Shown: piece by piece, positions 8,489-15,967 of the stretch
Layout: each line of letters begins with the position of its first letter
Numbering within the stretch: the first letter of the stretch is position 1
Source: a virus
Lineage: Duplodnaviria; Heunggongvirae; Uroviricota; Caudoviricetes
Virus record (IMG/VR): IMGVR_UViG_2778261277_000016
Span: 1-25,499 of that record
DNA: 25,499 nt
Strand: one strand, 5' to 3'
The notes under the pieces: generated by a model
What the model was told of the DNA's origin: nothing
The model's input: the letters and a program-made list of their open reading frames with translations, nothing else
Databases searched by the model: none
Made by a program: the position numbers and the translations under genes

Positions 8489-8775
8489 TGAGTCTGCCTG
8501 GTTGTTTCTTCAGCCTGTATATCGCCTACAGGGTGATAACGATAAATCGTCGATATGCCGATGTCGTAAATGATCGCCAGTTGTTTCCTGTCATGACCGT
8601 TTTTAATCAGCCTCGCTATTTGTTCGTGTTGTTCTTTTGTCAACTTCGGGCGACGTCCGCCAATGCGTCCTTGTGCGCGTGCTGCTGCCAGCCCGGCCAG
8701 TGTACGCTCTACAATTAATTCATGTTCCATTTCGGCTAAAGCTCCCATGACGTGAAAAAAGAAACGCCCCATGGG
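8470..8775 (-). pseudogene. Truncated serine-invertase paralog (C-terminal half only)
   Basis: Translation PMGRFFFHVMGALAEMEHELIVERTLAGLAAARAQGRIGGRRPKLTKEQHEQIARLIKNGHDRKQLAIIYDIGISTIYRYHP matches the C-terminal half of the adjacent invertase with a handful of substitutions. DNA similarity stops near 8775; the catalytic N-terminus is absent and there is no convincing RBS. Confidence 0.6.
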
Positions 8776-8860
8776 TGTTGATTGATGCGCCGCGCGATAA
8801 ACGTACCTATTTCCGTGAGATAAATTACATCGCCGCGGCATTTCAATATCAGAAAAAGAA

Positions 8861-9433
8861 TTACAAATCAGCTTGAGTTTGAAGTTCCTCTACAGGGTGA
8901 TAACGATAAATCGTCGATATACCGATATCGTAAATAATTGCCAACTGTTTCCTGCTATAGCCATTTTTGATCAGCCTTGCTATTTGTTCATGTTGCTCTT
9001 TTGTCAGTTTCGGACGACGTCCACCAATACGCCCCTGTGCACGTGCTGCTTCAAGTCCGGCCAGTGTTCGTTCAACTATTAATTCACGCTCCATTTCCGC
9101 TAAAGCCCCCATGACGTGAAAAAAGAAACGTCCCATGGGTGTTGACGTATCAATGCTGTCTGTAAGACTACGGAAGTTAACCCCTTTTTCCCGCAGTTCC
9201 TCAATAAGAGTGATGAGGTGTTTCATGCTTCTGCCCAGCCTGTCCAGCTTCCAGACAACGAGCGTATCTCCTTCTGATAACGTTCTGAGCAGCTTTTTCA
9301 ATCCCGGTCGGGCTGACTTTGTTCCGCTGATTTTATCCTCAAAAATCAGTTCACATCCTGCGCAGTTCAGTGCGTTTCGTTGTAAATCTGTATTCTGGTC
9401 ATTTGTTGACACACGAATGTAGCCAATTTGCAT
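8861..9433 (-). CDS. Serine DNA invertase, Gin/Hin/Pin/Cin/Min family
   Basis: Starts MQIGYIRVSTNDQNTDLQRNAL, the canonical N-terminus of this family with the catalytic Ser in RVST. Also has TLVVWKLDRLGRS, SLTDSIDTS and a C-terminal HTH (GISTIYRYHP). AAAGAGGA RBS 8 nt before the ATG. The ORF track's upstream extension to 9628 is rejected. Confidence 0.9.
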   Translation of the reverse strand: MQIGYIRVSTNDQNTDLQRNALNCAGCELIFEDKISGTKSARPGLKKLLRTLSEGDTLVVWKLDRLGRSMKHLITLIEELREKGVNFRSLTDSIDTSTPMGRFFFHVMGALAEMERELIVERTLAGLEAARAQGRIGGRRPKLTKEQHEQIARLIKNGYSRKQLAIIYDIGISTIYRYHPVEELQTQADL

Positions 9434-9487
9434 GAAAAATATCCTCTTTGTTTTGTTAAAAATACATAGCTGGTATAGGTGGGAGTT

Positions 9488-9513
9488 AAGACGAAAACGT
9501 TGGTTTGGGGGAA
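9488..9513. repeat. Candidate 26-bp invertase crossover site (cassette 1)
   Basis: AAGACGAAAACG-TT-GGTTTGGGGGAA. Right half-site is identical in all five sites; overall shape resembles hixL TTCTTGAAAACC-AA-GGTTTTTGATAA from memory. Confidence 0.5.
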
Positions 9514-9936
9514 GGCTCAGCGCTGCCCGTTGGTGTGCCCGTTCCGTGGCCCTCAGCCACACCGCCAGCAGGGTGGCTGAAATGTAACGGCGCAGCATTT
9601 TCTTCTGAAATGTACCCCAATCTGGCAAAGGCTTATCCTACAAATAAATTACCGGATTTACGGGGTGAGTTTATTCGCGGCTGGGATGACGGGCGGGGAA
9701 TTGATTCAGGACGCACTCTACTTTCGTTACAGGGCGATATGTTTAAATCGCACAGTCATTACTTCCGTGAAATATGGGGTGCAAATGGACCAGATGGAAC
9801 TGGTGGACCGTACATTGTCGGGGCGGATACAAACGGTTCGAGAATAAATTTAGGCACTATAGAAACCAGTGCACCTGGTGGTTCAGAAACCCGTCCCCGT
9901 AACATTGCATTTAATTACATCGTAAGAGCGGCATAG
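9505..9936 (+). CDS. Silent tail-fibre C-terminal cassette 1 (tail-collar-like domain, HxH-containing); promoterless gene segment
   Basis: No ATG or RBS (the ORF track begins at TTG inside the crossover site). Conserved N-part GEGSALPVGVPVPWPSATPP.GWLKCNGAAFSSEMYP.LAKAYPTNKLPDLRGEFIRGWDDGRGID, variable middle, conserved end RPRNIAFNYIVRAA; the same ends occur in the expressed H gene. Confidence 0.75.
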   Translation: MGEGSALPVGVPVPWPSATPPAGWLKCNGAAFSSEMYPNLAKAYPTNKLPDLRGEFIRGWDDGRGIDSGRTLLSLQGDMFKSHSHYFREIWGANGPDGTGGPYIVGADTNGSRINLGTIETSAPGGSETRPRNIAFNYIVRAA

Positions 9937-9955
9937 AAACGTTGGTTTGGGGGAA
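9930..9955. repeat. Candidate crossover site (cassette 2)
   Basis: GGCATAGAAACG-TT-GGTTTGGGGGAA; the left half-site contains the stop codon of cassette 1. Confidence 0.5.
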
Positions 9956-10414
9956 GGCTCGGCGCTGCCCGTTGGTGTGCCTGTTCCGTGGCCCTCAGCC
10001 ACACCACCAACGGGCTGGCTGAAATGTAACGGTGCAGCATTTTCTTCTGAAATGTATCCCAAACTGGCAAAAGCTTACCCCACCAATAAATTACCGGATT
10101 TACGGGGTGAATTTATTCGTGGCTGGGATGATGGGCGGGGAATTGATAATAGACGCAACCTACTGTCTGCACAGTCTGACACTATTCAGAATATAGTTGG
10201 CACTTTTGGACGAACTCAGCTTTTTAAAGATGCTTTAAATTCAGGGCCATTTAGTCAAACTGACTCTATATTATCAGTAGGCTTGCAACCAACTGAGAAT
10301 ATTGAAGGATATGGCGCCTCTGTATGGACATTCGACGCCTCTCGCTCAGTTCGCACAGCATCTGAAACACGTCCTCGTAACATTGCGTTTAATTACATCG
10401 TAAGGGCGGCATAG
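9947..10414 (+). CDS. Silent tail-fibre C-terminal cassette 2 (no HxH, AT-rich variable core)
   Basis: Same conserved ends as cassette 1; variable core NRRNLLSAQSDTIQNIVGTF... is unrelated to cassettes 1 and 4; in a different reading frame from cassette 1. Confidence 0.75.
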   Translation: MGEGSALPVGVPVPWPSATPPTGWLKCNGAAFSSEMYPKLAKAYPTNKLPDLRGEFIRGWDDGRGIDNRRNLLSAQSDTIQNIVGTFGRTQLFKDALNSGPFSQTDSILSVGLQPTENIEGYGASVWTFDASRSVRTASETRPRNIAFNYIVRAA

Positions 10415-10433
10415 AAACGTTGGTTTGGGGGAA
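10408..10433. repeat. Candidate crossover site (cassette 3)
   Basis: GGCATAGAAACG-TT-GGTTTGGGGGAA, identical to the cassette 2 and 4 sites. Confidence 0.5.
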
Positions 10434-10886
10434 GGCTCTGCACTACCTGTTGGTGTGCCTGTTCCATGGCCGTCAGCCACACCGCCAACAGGGTGGCTGA
10501 AATGTAACGGTGCAGCATTTTCTTCTGAAATGTACCCCAATCTGGCAAAGGCTTACCCCACGAATAAATTACCGGATTTACGGGGCGAATTTATCCGTGG
10601 CTGGGATGACGGACGAGGTATTGATGCAGGACGAGAGATACTTTCATTTCAGGAAGGCACTATCGTCTCCGGTTTTGATGATAATGATACTGGGGATATC
10701 AGTTCACTTAGCTCAACACAATACGGATTTGGTGACACTCTAACCTCTAATCAATGGGGGGCCATAAATGGCAAAAAGTGGATATTTGATGCATCCAGTA
10801 AAGGTGCACAAAAATATGACTGGCGGGCTTATGTATCAGCTCGTCCGCGTAATATTGCATTTAATTACATCGTAAGAGCGGCATAG
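10425..10886 (+). CDS. Silent tail-fibre C-terminal cassette 3 (no HxH)
   Basis: Same conserved ends; unique variable core AGREILSFQEGTIVSGFDDNDTGD... Confidence 0.75.
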   Translation: MGEGSALPVGVPVPWPSATPPTGWLKCNGAAFSSEMYPNLAKAYPTNKLPDLRGEFIRGWDDGRGIDAGREILSFQEGTIVSGFDDNDTGDISSLSSTQYGFGDTLTSNQWGAINGKKWIFDASSKGAQKYDWRAYVSARPRNIAFNYIVRAA

Positions 10887-10905
10887 AAACGTTGGTTTGG
10901 GGGAA
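10880..10905. repeat. Candidate crossover site (cassette 4)
   Basis: GGCATAGAAACG-TT-GGTTTGGGGGAA. Confidence 0.5.
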
Positions 10906-11400
10906 GGCTCTGCACTACCCGTTGGTGTGCCTGTTCCGTGGCCCTCAGCCACACCGCCAACAGGGTGGCTGAAATGTAACGGCGCAGCATTTTCTTCTGA
11001 AATGTACCCCAAACTGGCAAAGGCTTACCCCACCAATAAATTACCGGATTTACGGGGTGAGTTTATTCGTGGCTGGGATGATGGGCGGGGAATTGATTCA
11101 GGGCGTTCCTTGCTTAATGCACAATCACATTCGGTTATAGATCATATTCATTATATGGAGTTATGGACTGGTGAAGGGCTTGCCGCAAACAACACCCGTG
11201 CAGGAACAAACCCTGGTATACTGGCTACATACGGTGATGGCGGGATTGTTAAAACAGATGAGTCAGGTGTAAAAGTTCCATCTTCACTACGTGCTATTGG
11301 CACTCGTGGTGTTTATAGATTAGGTGCCAACGGAGGGAATACAGGAACGGAAAACCGCCCCCGTAATATTGCGTTTAACTATATTGTAAGGGCTACTTAA
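10897..11400 (+). CDS. Silent tail-fibre C-terminal cassette 4 (HxH-containing), coupled to the downstream tail-fibre assembly gene
   Basis: Same conserved ends; variable core contains HIHYMELW; its stop overlaps the next gene's start as TAATG (11398-11402). Confidence 0.75.
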   Translation: MGEGSALPVGVPVPWPSATPPTGWLKCNGAAFSSEMYPKLAKAYPTNKLPDLRGEFIRGWDDGRGIDSGRSLLNAQSHSVIDHIHYMELWTGEGLAANNTRAGTNPGILATYGDGGIVKTDESGVKVPSSLRAIGTRGVYRLGANGGNTGTENRPRNIAFNYIVRAT

Positions 11401-12017
11401 TGAATAATGCTGCTGCAGTACTTGATCAGAATGGTATCGCTATAACTGCAGGCGATATTACCGTTTATAACTACGATGCTGAAAACCGTGAATATCTCTC
11501 TGCCACTGTTGAGTATCTCGCTTATGGTGTTGGAATTCCGGCTCACTCATGCATTGACGCGCCACCAGAAAAACGCCCCGGCTTCGCTGTCTGTCGTGAT
11601 ACCGACCAGAACATCTGGAAATATGTTCCAGACCACAGAGGCGAAACGGTTTACAGCACAGAGAATGGTAACGCTGTGCAAATCACACAACCGGGAGATT
11701 ACCCTCCTGATACGACGGTGAAACAGCCAGCTACTATCTATGATGTCTGGGATGGTGAGATTTGGGTGACAGATACGAGACGACAGCACGCAGCAGAACT
11801 GGAAGCTGCCGGAGCGCATCGTCAGCAACTTGAGGAACAGGCAATGGCATCTGTTGAGCTTATTAATCTCAAACTACGAGCCGGACGCCGATTGACGCCC
11901 CAGGAGACGGAAAAACTAAACGCCGTGCTTGATTTCATAGATACGCTTAATGCGACTGACATCAGCACTGCACCGGATATCAACTGGCCGGAAATGCCTC
12001 TGGCAGCAGCCAGTTGA
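11400..12017 (+). CDS. Tail fibre assembly protein (Tfa family; P2 gpG / Mu U analogue)
   Basis: 205 aa; translationally coupled to cassette 4 with an AAGGG RBS; family assignment is from memory of Tfa-like proteins (short conserved N-terminus, Asp/Pro-rich regions, coiled-coil segment) and from its position beside the fibre cassettes. Confidence 0.75.
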   Translation: MNNAAAVLDQNGIAITAGDITVYNYDAENREYLSATVEYLAYGVGIPAHSCIDAPPEKRPGFAVCRDTDQNIWKYVPDHRGETVYSTENGNAVQITQPGDYPPDTTVKQPATIYDVWDGEIWVTDTRRQHAAELEAAGAHRQQLEEQAMASVELINLKLRAGRRLTPQETEKLNAVLDFIDTLNATDISTAPDINWPEMPLAAAS

Positions 12018-12023
12018 GTATAA

Positions 12024-13541
12024 TTAAGCCGCCCTCACGATATAGTTAAATGCGATATTGCGGGGGCGAGTTTCACTACCACCAGTGTTACCAATACTCC
12101 CTCGTGAATGAAGTGTCGGTGATGGGATCAGACTCCCGCCTGTACTTGTGGCATCAAGTCCCCGTCCTTGTGTATATGTTTTTTTGAAAATTGTGGCCAA
12201 CTCCCATTCATCCTTTGTGTCATACCCATCGTTAGCTACAACAATATGGCGGTGTTTTTCCAGCATCCCAGTTTGAAAGCTTAATAAAGCACGTCCTGCA
12301 TCAATCCCTCGCCCGTCATCCCAGCCACGAATAAACTCGCCCCGTAAATCCGGTAATTTATTGGTGGGGTAAGCCTTTGCCAGTTTGGGGTACATTTCAG
12401 AAGAAAATGCTGCACCGTTACATTTCAGCCACCCTGTTGGCGGTGTGGCTGAGGGCCACGGAACAGGCACACCAACGGGTAGTGCAGAGCCTTCCCCCAA
12501 ACCAAGGTATGCGAGAAGACCAGCTACATCCTTTCCACTCAAATTGGTAAGCGTATTGTCCAGCGGTTGTTTACCTGCCAGCGCACTAAGCATTGTCGTG
12601 GCAAAGTTCGGATCATTCCCCAGTGCCGCAGCCAGTTCGTTCAGCGTGTTCAGTGCATCAGGTGACGAATCTACAAGTGCGGCAATCGCGGCCATAACGA
12701 AAGCCGTGCTTGCGATCTGGGTACTATTAGTCCCCTGTGGCGCTGTTGGTGTTGTTGGCATTCCGGTCAGTGCCGGGCTGTTTAATGGTGCTTTCTTGCT
12801 CGTTTCATCCATTACCGCCTTAACAGCTTTTGGTGTCGCTGCCAGCGTTTCAGACGTGCTGTTCGTGGCGCTACTGAGCTGAACAATCCCTTTTTGTGTT
12901 GTGGTGGCGTTCTGGGCGGTATATTTCCCGTCAGCCAGGTCATATGCAGCCTTAACTGCTTTCGGTGTTGCGGCCAGTGTTTCTGATTCACTGTTAATTG
13001 CACTGCTTAACTGAGTAAAACCTTTTGCGGTCAGCGAGGCGTCCGGGTGACGTCGTGACTGTTCGTGCTCTGAGATTTTATCATCCACATATTTGCGGGT
13101 TGCCAGAACCACCGACGGGTCGATTTTCAGCGTGATGGCTTCGGTATTCGTGACAACCAGAATCATGCGGATAGTCTGGGTGCGTCCACTGCCTTCCTGC
13201 AACTGCGGTTTGTACGTTTCCGGGCAGTTTGCCACCGCAATGAGTACACCTTCATCATCATAAAGACCAATCTCACGGATCCAGAATCCTCCCTCGTTTT
13301 CAGGGATGATTTGCTCCGCAATAATCTGGCTCTGATTGTTAGGGTCAACACTCAGAAGATTCAGCGGTGCAATGCGTTTCTGGTTAATCAGTTTTGTTTG
13401 TGCAGGGTCTGGTGTTGGTAACACACCATTTGCATCACCAACGGCCATTTGCGTCAGATTCAGCTTACTGCCGAGCATCGTCGCGTTAGCCAGTCGTGCT
13501 GCGCCCTGATTAGTCAGAATGGCGTAGTATTTCACTGTCAT
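12024..13541 (-). CDS. H: Tail fibre protein H, currently expressed variant (P2 gpH-like N-terminus fused to a tail-collar-type C-terminal cassette)
   Basis: N-terminal portion through EHEQSRRHPDASLTAKGFTQLSSA...ETLAATPKAVKA matches P2 gpH from memory. The C-terminal 155 aa begin ...LGLGEGSALPVGVPVPWPSATPPTGWLKCNG and end RPRNIAFNYIVRAA, the same frame as the silent cassettes on the opposite strand. Confidence 0.9.
   Translation of the reverse strand: MTVKYYAILTNQGAARLANATMLGSKLNLTQMAVGDANGVLPTPDPAQTKLINQKRIAPLNLLSVDPNNQSQIIAEQIIPENEGGFWIREIGLYDDEGVLIAVANCPETYKPQLQEGSGRTQTIRMILVVTNTEAITLKIDPSVVLATRKYVDDKISEHEQSRRHPDASLTAKGFTQLSSAINSESETLAATPKAVKAAYDLADGKYTAQNATTTQKGIVQLSSATNSTSETLAATPKAVKAVMDETSKKAPLNSPALTGMPTTPTAPQGTNSTQIASTAFVMAAIAALVDSSPDALNTLNELAAALGNDPNFATTMLSALAGKQPLDNTLTNLSGKDVAGLLAYLGLGEGSALPVGVPVPWPSATPPTGWLKCNGAAFSSEMYPKLAKAYPTNKLPDLRGEFIRGWDDGRGIDAGRALLSFQTGMLEKHRHIVVANDGYDTKDEWELATIFKKTYTQGRGLDATSTGGSLIPSPTLHSRGSIGNTGGSETRPRNIAFNYIVRAA
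12492..12517. repeat. Candidate crossover site inside H (constant/variable junction), inverted relative to the cassette sites
   Basis: + strand reads TTCCCCCAAACC-AA-GGTATGCGAGAA, i.e. on the - strand TTCTCGCATACC-TT-GGTTTGGGGGAA. Homology with the cassettes begins exactly at the TT core, inside the CTT codon of ...AYLGLGEGS. Confidence 0.55.
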
Positions 13542-14146
13542 GCGTTTACTCTCAGATTATCAATTAAATGAATGGCCGGGGCAGGGAAATAATCCCCTTC
13601 GACAATAATGGACTCCGGGGTGTAGGGATAAACCGTCAGGGCATCGCCGTGATAGCATCCCGTACCAACGAAAATCTTTCCGTTCACACTCAGGCTGATC
13701 GCCAGCCCCGTCAGATGGCGACTTACTGGTTTTGCATCCGCAATAAGGCGCTCAAGTTCCTGATACATTTCATCGGTGATGCCCTGATCAAGTACTCCGA
13801 CAACAATGCGAAATGTTCCTGGCTCCTCGTTGAGTTGCCACCACTCCTTTACTTCAATCAGGTAGCCGAGAGGCTCCACGGCTCTTCGCAGTGCGCTGAT
13901 GGTCCCTTTGTGTCGGTGTATCAGCCATGCATCACGAATTACCTGTCGCTTTGTCTCTTCCGGCCAGTTGCGATCCCAGCGGTCAACGGAAAACGCCCAG
14001 GCGAAATAAGGCAGCAGATGCACCGGGCAGGTGTCCGGCGACCACAGCGTGTTGAGGTCTACCGGGATGTCTGTAATGCGCGTTCCGACAGCTTCGGCAT
14101 AACGCATGAAATTGCTGGCTGATGGCGGTAACAGTGAATTACTCAT
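13538..14146 (-). CDS. I: Baseplate/tail protein I (P2 gpI family)
   Basis: Position between J and H; start set at MSNSLLPP (ATG 14144-14146), which overlaps the J stop; the ORF track extends to 14200. Confidence 0.8.
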   Translation of the reverse strand: MSNSLLPPSASNFMRYAEAVGTRITDIPVDLNTLWSPDTCPVHLLPYFAWAFSVDRWDRNWPEETKRQVIRDAWLIHRHKGTISALRRAVEPLGYLIEVKEWWQLNEEPGTFRIVVGVLDQGITDEMYQELERLIADAKPVSRHLTGLAISLSVNGKIFVGTGCYHGDALTVYPYTPESIIVEGDYFPAPAIHLIDNLRVNA

Positions 14147-15035
14147 TACGCCCACCTTCGCTGATGGTGAATGACTCACAGCGCGCCGCCTGTATGTCAC
14201 TGATGGCCATATTCTGTGTGGGTTCGATTATCTCCACGCGTTGCACGCCGTGTACATGAAGTGCGGCAGCAATGGCGGACAACGCCACGTCCTGACCGAT
14301 AAGCCCCTGTTCAGCCAGCCACTTCCTGAATGACGATTCCGCCGCGGCCAGAATAGGTTCGGATTCCGGACCGGGGTAAAAGTACAGTTTTGCATTCAGC
14401 CGCCATGTCACGATGCTGGCGCTCTGTACGGTCAGGCGGTCGGCCACCGGGCGGGTATCCTCTGCATTCAGAACGGCGCGAACGGTATTAAGCAACGCCT
14501 CCGTTGCTGTGCCGTCGCCCTCAGTGGACAGTATGGAAACCGTCACGTTGGCCGGAGACGGGCTGATGGCTCGCGCGTCGCGTACCAGACCGCTGGCGCT
14601 GCGTGCAAAATACTCGTATGCGCCTGACGGGCCAGCAACACTCAGACCGTCATACGCCCGTTGCGCCCGCAGTCTCAGCGAGGTGTCGCTTTCCATCACC
14701 GCGTCGGTGGTATCCGTTGCCGGAGTGATAACCAGGCGCTTTGTGTTCATATTACCCGCGAGGTTGTCCAGGTCTGTCCCGGCGCTGTGGCTTAACATGC
14801 AGGCGCGTGCACCCTCATTGACCCGCTGGCGTAACAGCATTTCACGAAACGCTGTTGTCTGGGCGATAACGTTCAGAGGTTCCGATTCCAGCTCCAGCGC
14901 AGCGGAGACGGCTTCACGCTGTTCGGCGGGATAAGCCGCAATCATCATGGCCTTTGTGTCAGCCAGAATTGCCTCAAAGTCAGGCTCCGCGATGATGGCG
15001 GGTTCCGGTAACTGGGAAAGGTCAACGGCGGGCAT
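14139..15035 (-). CDS. J: Baseplate assembly protein J (P2 gpJ family)
   Basis: 298 aa; canonical W-J-I-H order. Confidence 0.85.
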   Translation of the reverse strand: MPAVDLSQLPEPAIIAEPDFEAILADTKAMMIAAYPAEQREAVSAALELESEPLNVIAQTTAFREMLLRQRVNEGARACMLSHSAGTDLDNLAGNMNTKRLVITPATDTTDAVMESDTSLRLRAQRAYDGLSVAGPSGAYEYFARSASGLVRDARAISPSPANVTVSILSTEGDGTATEALLNTVRAVLNAEDTRPVADRLTVQSASIVTWRLNAKLYFYPGPESEPILAAAESSFRKWLAEQGLIGQDVALSAIAAALHVHGVQRVEIIEPTQNMAISDIQAARCESFTISEGGRNE

Positions 15036-15038
15036 GAT

Positions 15039-15389
15039 TTACTCCCTCAGCGTGATGGTTAATTCAACATTCTGCATGGTCTGCATGACAGTGCCCGACA
15101 GCGTCACCCCGGCGCGGCCTCCCGCTTTCCAGACAACATCGATGGCGTCCAGGGCAATGCGGGGTTCCCATCGTGTCAGCGCAATCACGGCAGCACTCAT
15201 GCATTGCAGACGCGTGGTGTTATTCATGGGTTCGTCAATCAAATCAGGCACAAGGCTGCCATATTCCCGTCGCATAACCCGGCTTGCCAGCGGGGTGGTC
15301 AGGATGTCCCTGACTGACTGTTTCAGGTGCTCCATATCGTTCAGGTTTCCCGTCCCGTCCGGGTTCATTCCTGTGTAGCGGGTTGTCAC
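15039..15389 (-). CDS. W: Baseplate wedge protein W (P2 gpW, T4 gp25-like)
   Basis: 116 aa; position and size fit. Confidence 0.85.
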   Translation of the reverse strand: MTTRYTGMNPDGTGNLNDMEHLKQSVRDILTTPLASRVMRREYGSLVPDLIDEPMNNTTRLQCMSAAVIALTRWEPRIALDAIDVVWKAGGRAGVTLSGTVMQTMQNVELTITLRE

Positions 15390-15967
15390 TGCGGGCCTCC
15401 TGTCGAATCGCTGCCACCTTTAACGCCACCGTGCTTATGCGTATGCACTGTGATGCCGTTTGAGGTGAAGTCGCCGCCGCTGTGCGTGATATTGCCGCTC
15501 ATCTTTCCCCCTTTTGTGACGTCAAGCGTCGCCGTTCTCAGAAGGTTTGTGCATTCCACGACAGGCGTGTCCAGTTTCACGCTGACGGATGCCTGTAAAG
15601 TGGCCGTTTTCATGCCGCTGGCGCTCAGTGCGCCTGCGTCCGCGTCGTAGCGGAACACCGCGCCGTCCGGCGCGCTGATCACGATTTCTTTCAGGCTTTT
15701 GCCGGGGGCCGGACTGGCATCACTCCACAGGCTGCCAATTATCATGGCGGTTTCCGGGTTGCCGCCAATGCAGGCAATTACCACCTGTTCGCCTGGTGAT
15801 GGCGGCAGCCACACATTGAAGGCTCCCGCGCGCGTGGTGTTCCAGCGCAGCCAGCCTGTTTCCAGTTCGCCGCTGCGAACGCGCACGCGCCAGGACTTCT
15901 CATCAACTTCAGAGATGATCCCGGTGCGGATGATATTGCTCAGCAGTCGCATGAGTTCTGCGCTCAC
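15386..15967 (-). CDS. V: Baseplate spike/assembly protein V (P2 gpV family)
   Basis: 193 aa with a Gly-rich C-terminus; ATGA-type overlaps with both neighbours. Confidence 0.85.
   Translation of the reverse strand: MSAELMRLLSNIIRTGIISEVDEKSWRVRVRSGELETGWLRWNTTRAGAFNVWLPPSPGEQVVIACIGGNPETAMIIGSLWSDASPAPGKSLKEIVISAPDGAVFRYDADAGALSASGMKTATLQASVSVKLDTPVVECTNLLRTATLDVTKGGKMSGNITHSGGDFTSNGITVHTHKHGGVKGGSDSTGGPQ

Noticed and set aside
8861-9628. 255-aa extended form of the invertase ORF
   Set aside because: The family start MxIGYxRVSTxDQ occurs at the internal Met (9431-9433) with a strong RBS; the upstream 65 codons overlap the cassette 1 conserved region on the opposite strand.
9488-12520. Repeat array as a CRISPR locus
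   Set aside because: Repeat units are about 450-500 bp coding cassettes with long conserved ends, not short repeats with unique spacers; no cas genes.
9488-12520. Diversity-generating retroelement (template and variable repeats)
   Set aside because: No reverse transcriptase in the window; differences between copies are whole-block replacements rather than adenine-focused substitutions; a serine invertase and crossover sites explain the architecture.
12385-12882. 165-aa + strand ORF inside H (and similar ones inside I, J, V and S: 13568-14122, 14413-14934, 14947-15378, 16102-16467)
   Set aside because: All are antisense to phage structural genes with clear identity; Ala/Ser/Gly-rich translations typical of GC-rich antisense frames.
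13000-13100. Internal tandem repeat in the H shaft (QLSSA.NS.SETLAATPKAVKA, twice)
   Set aside because: Real, but it is the conserved repeat of P2-type fibre shafts and not a separate feature.
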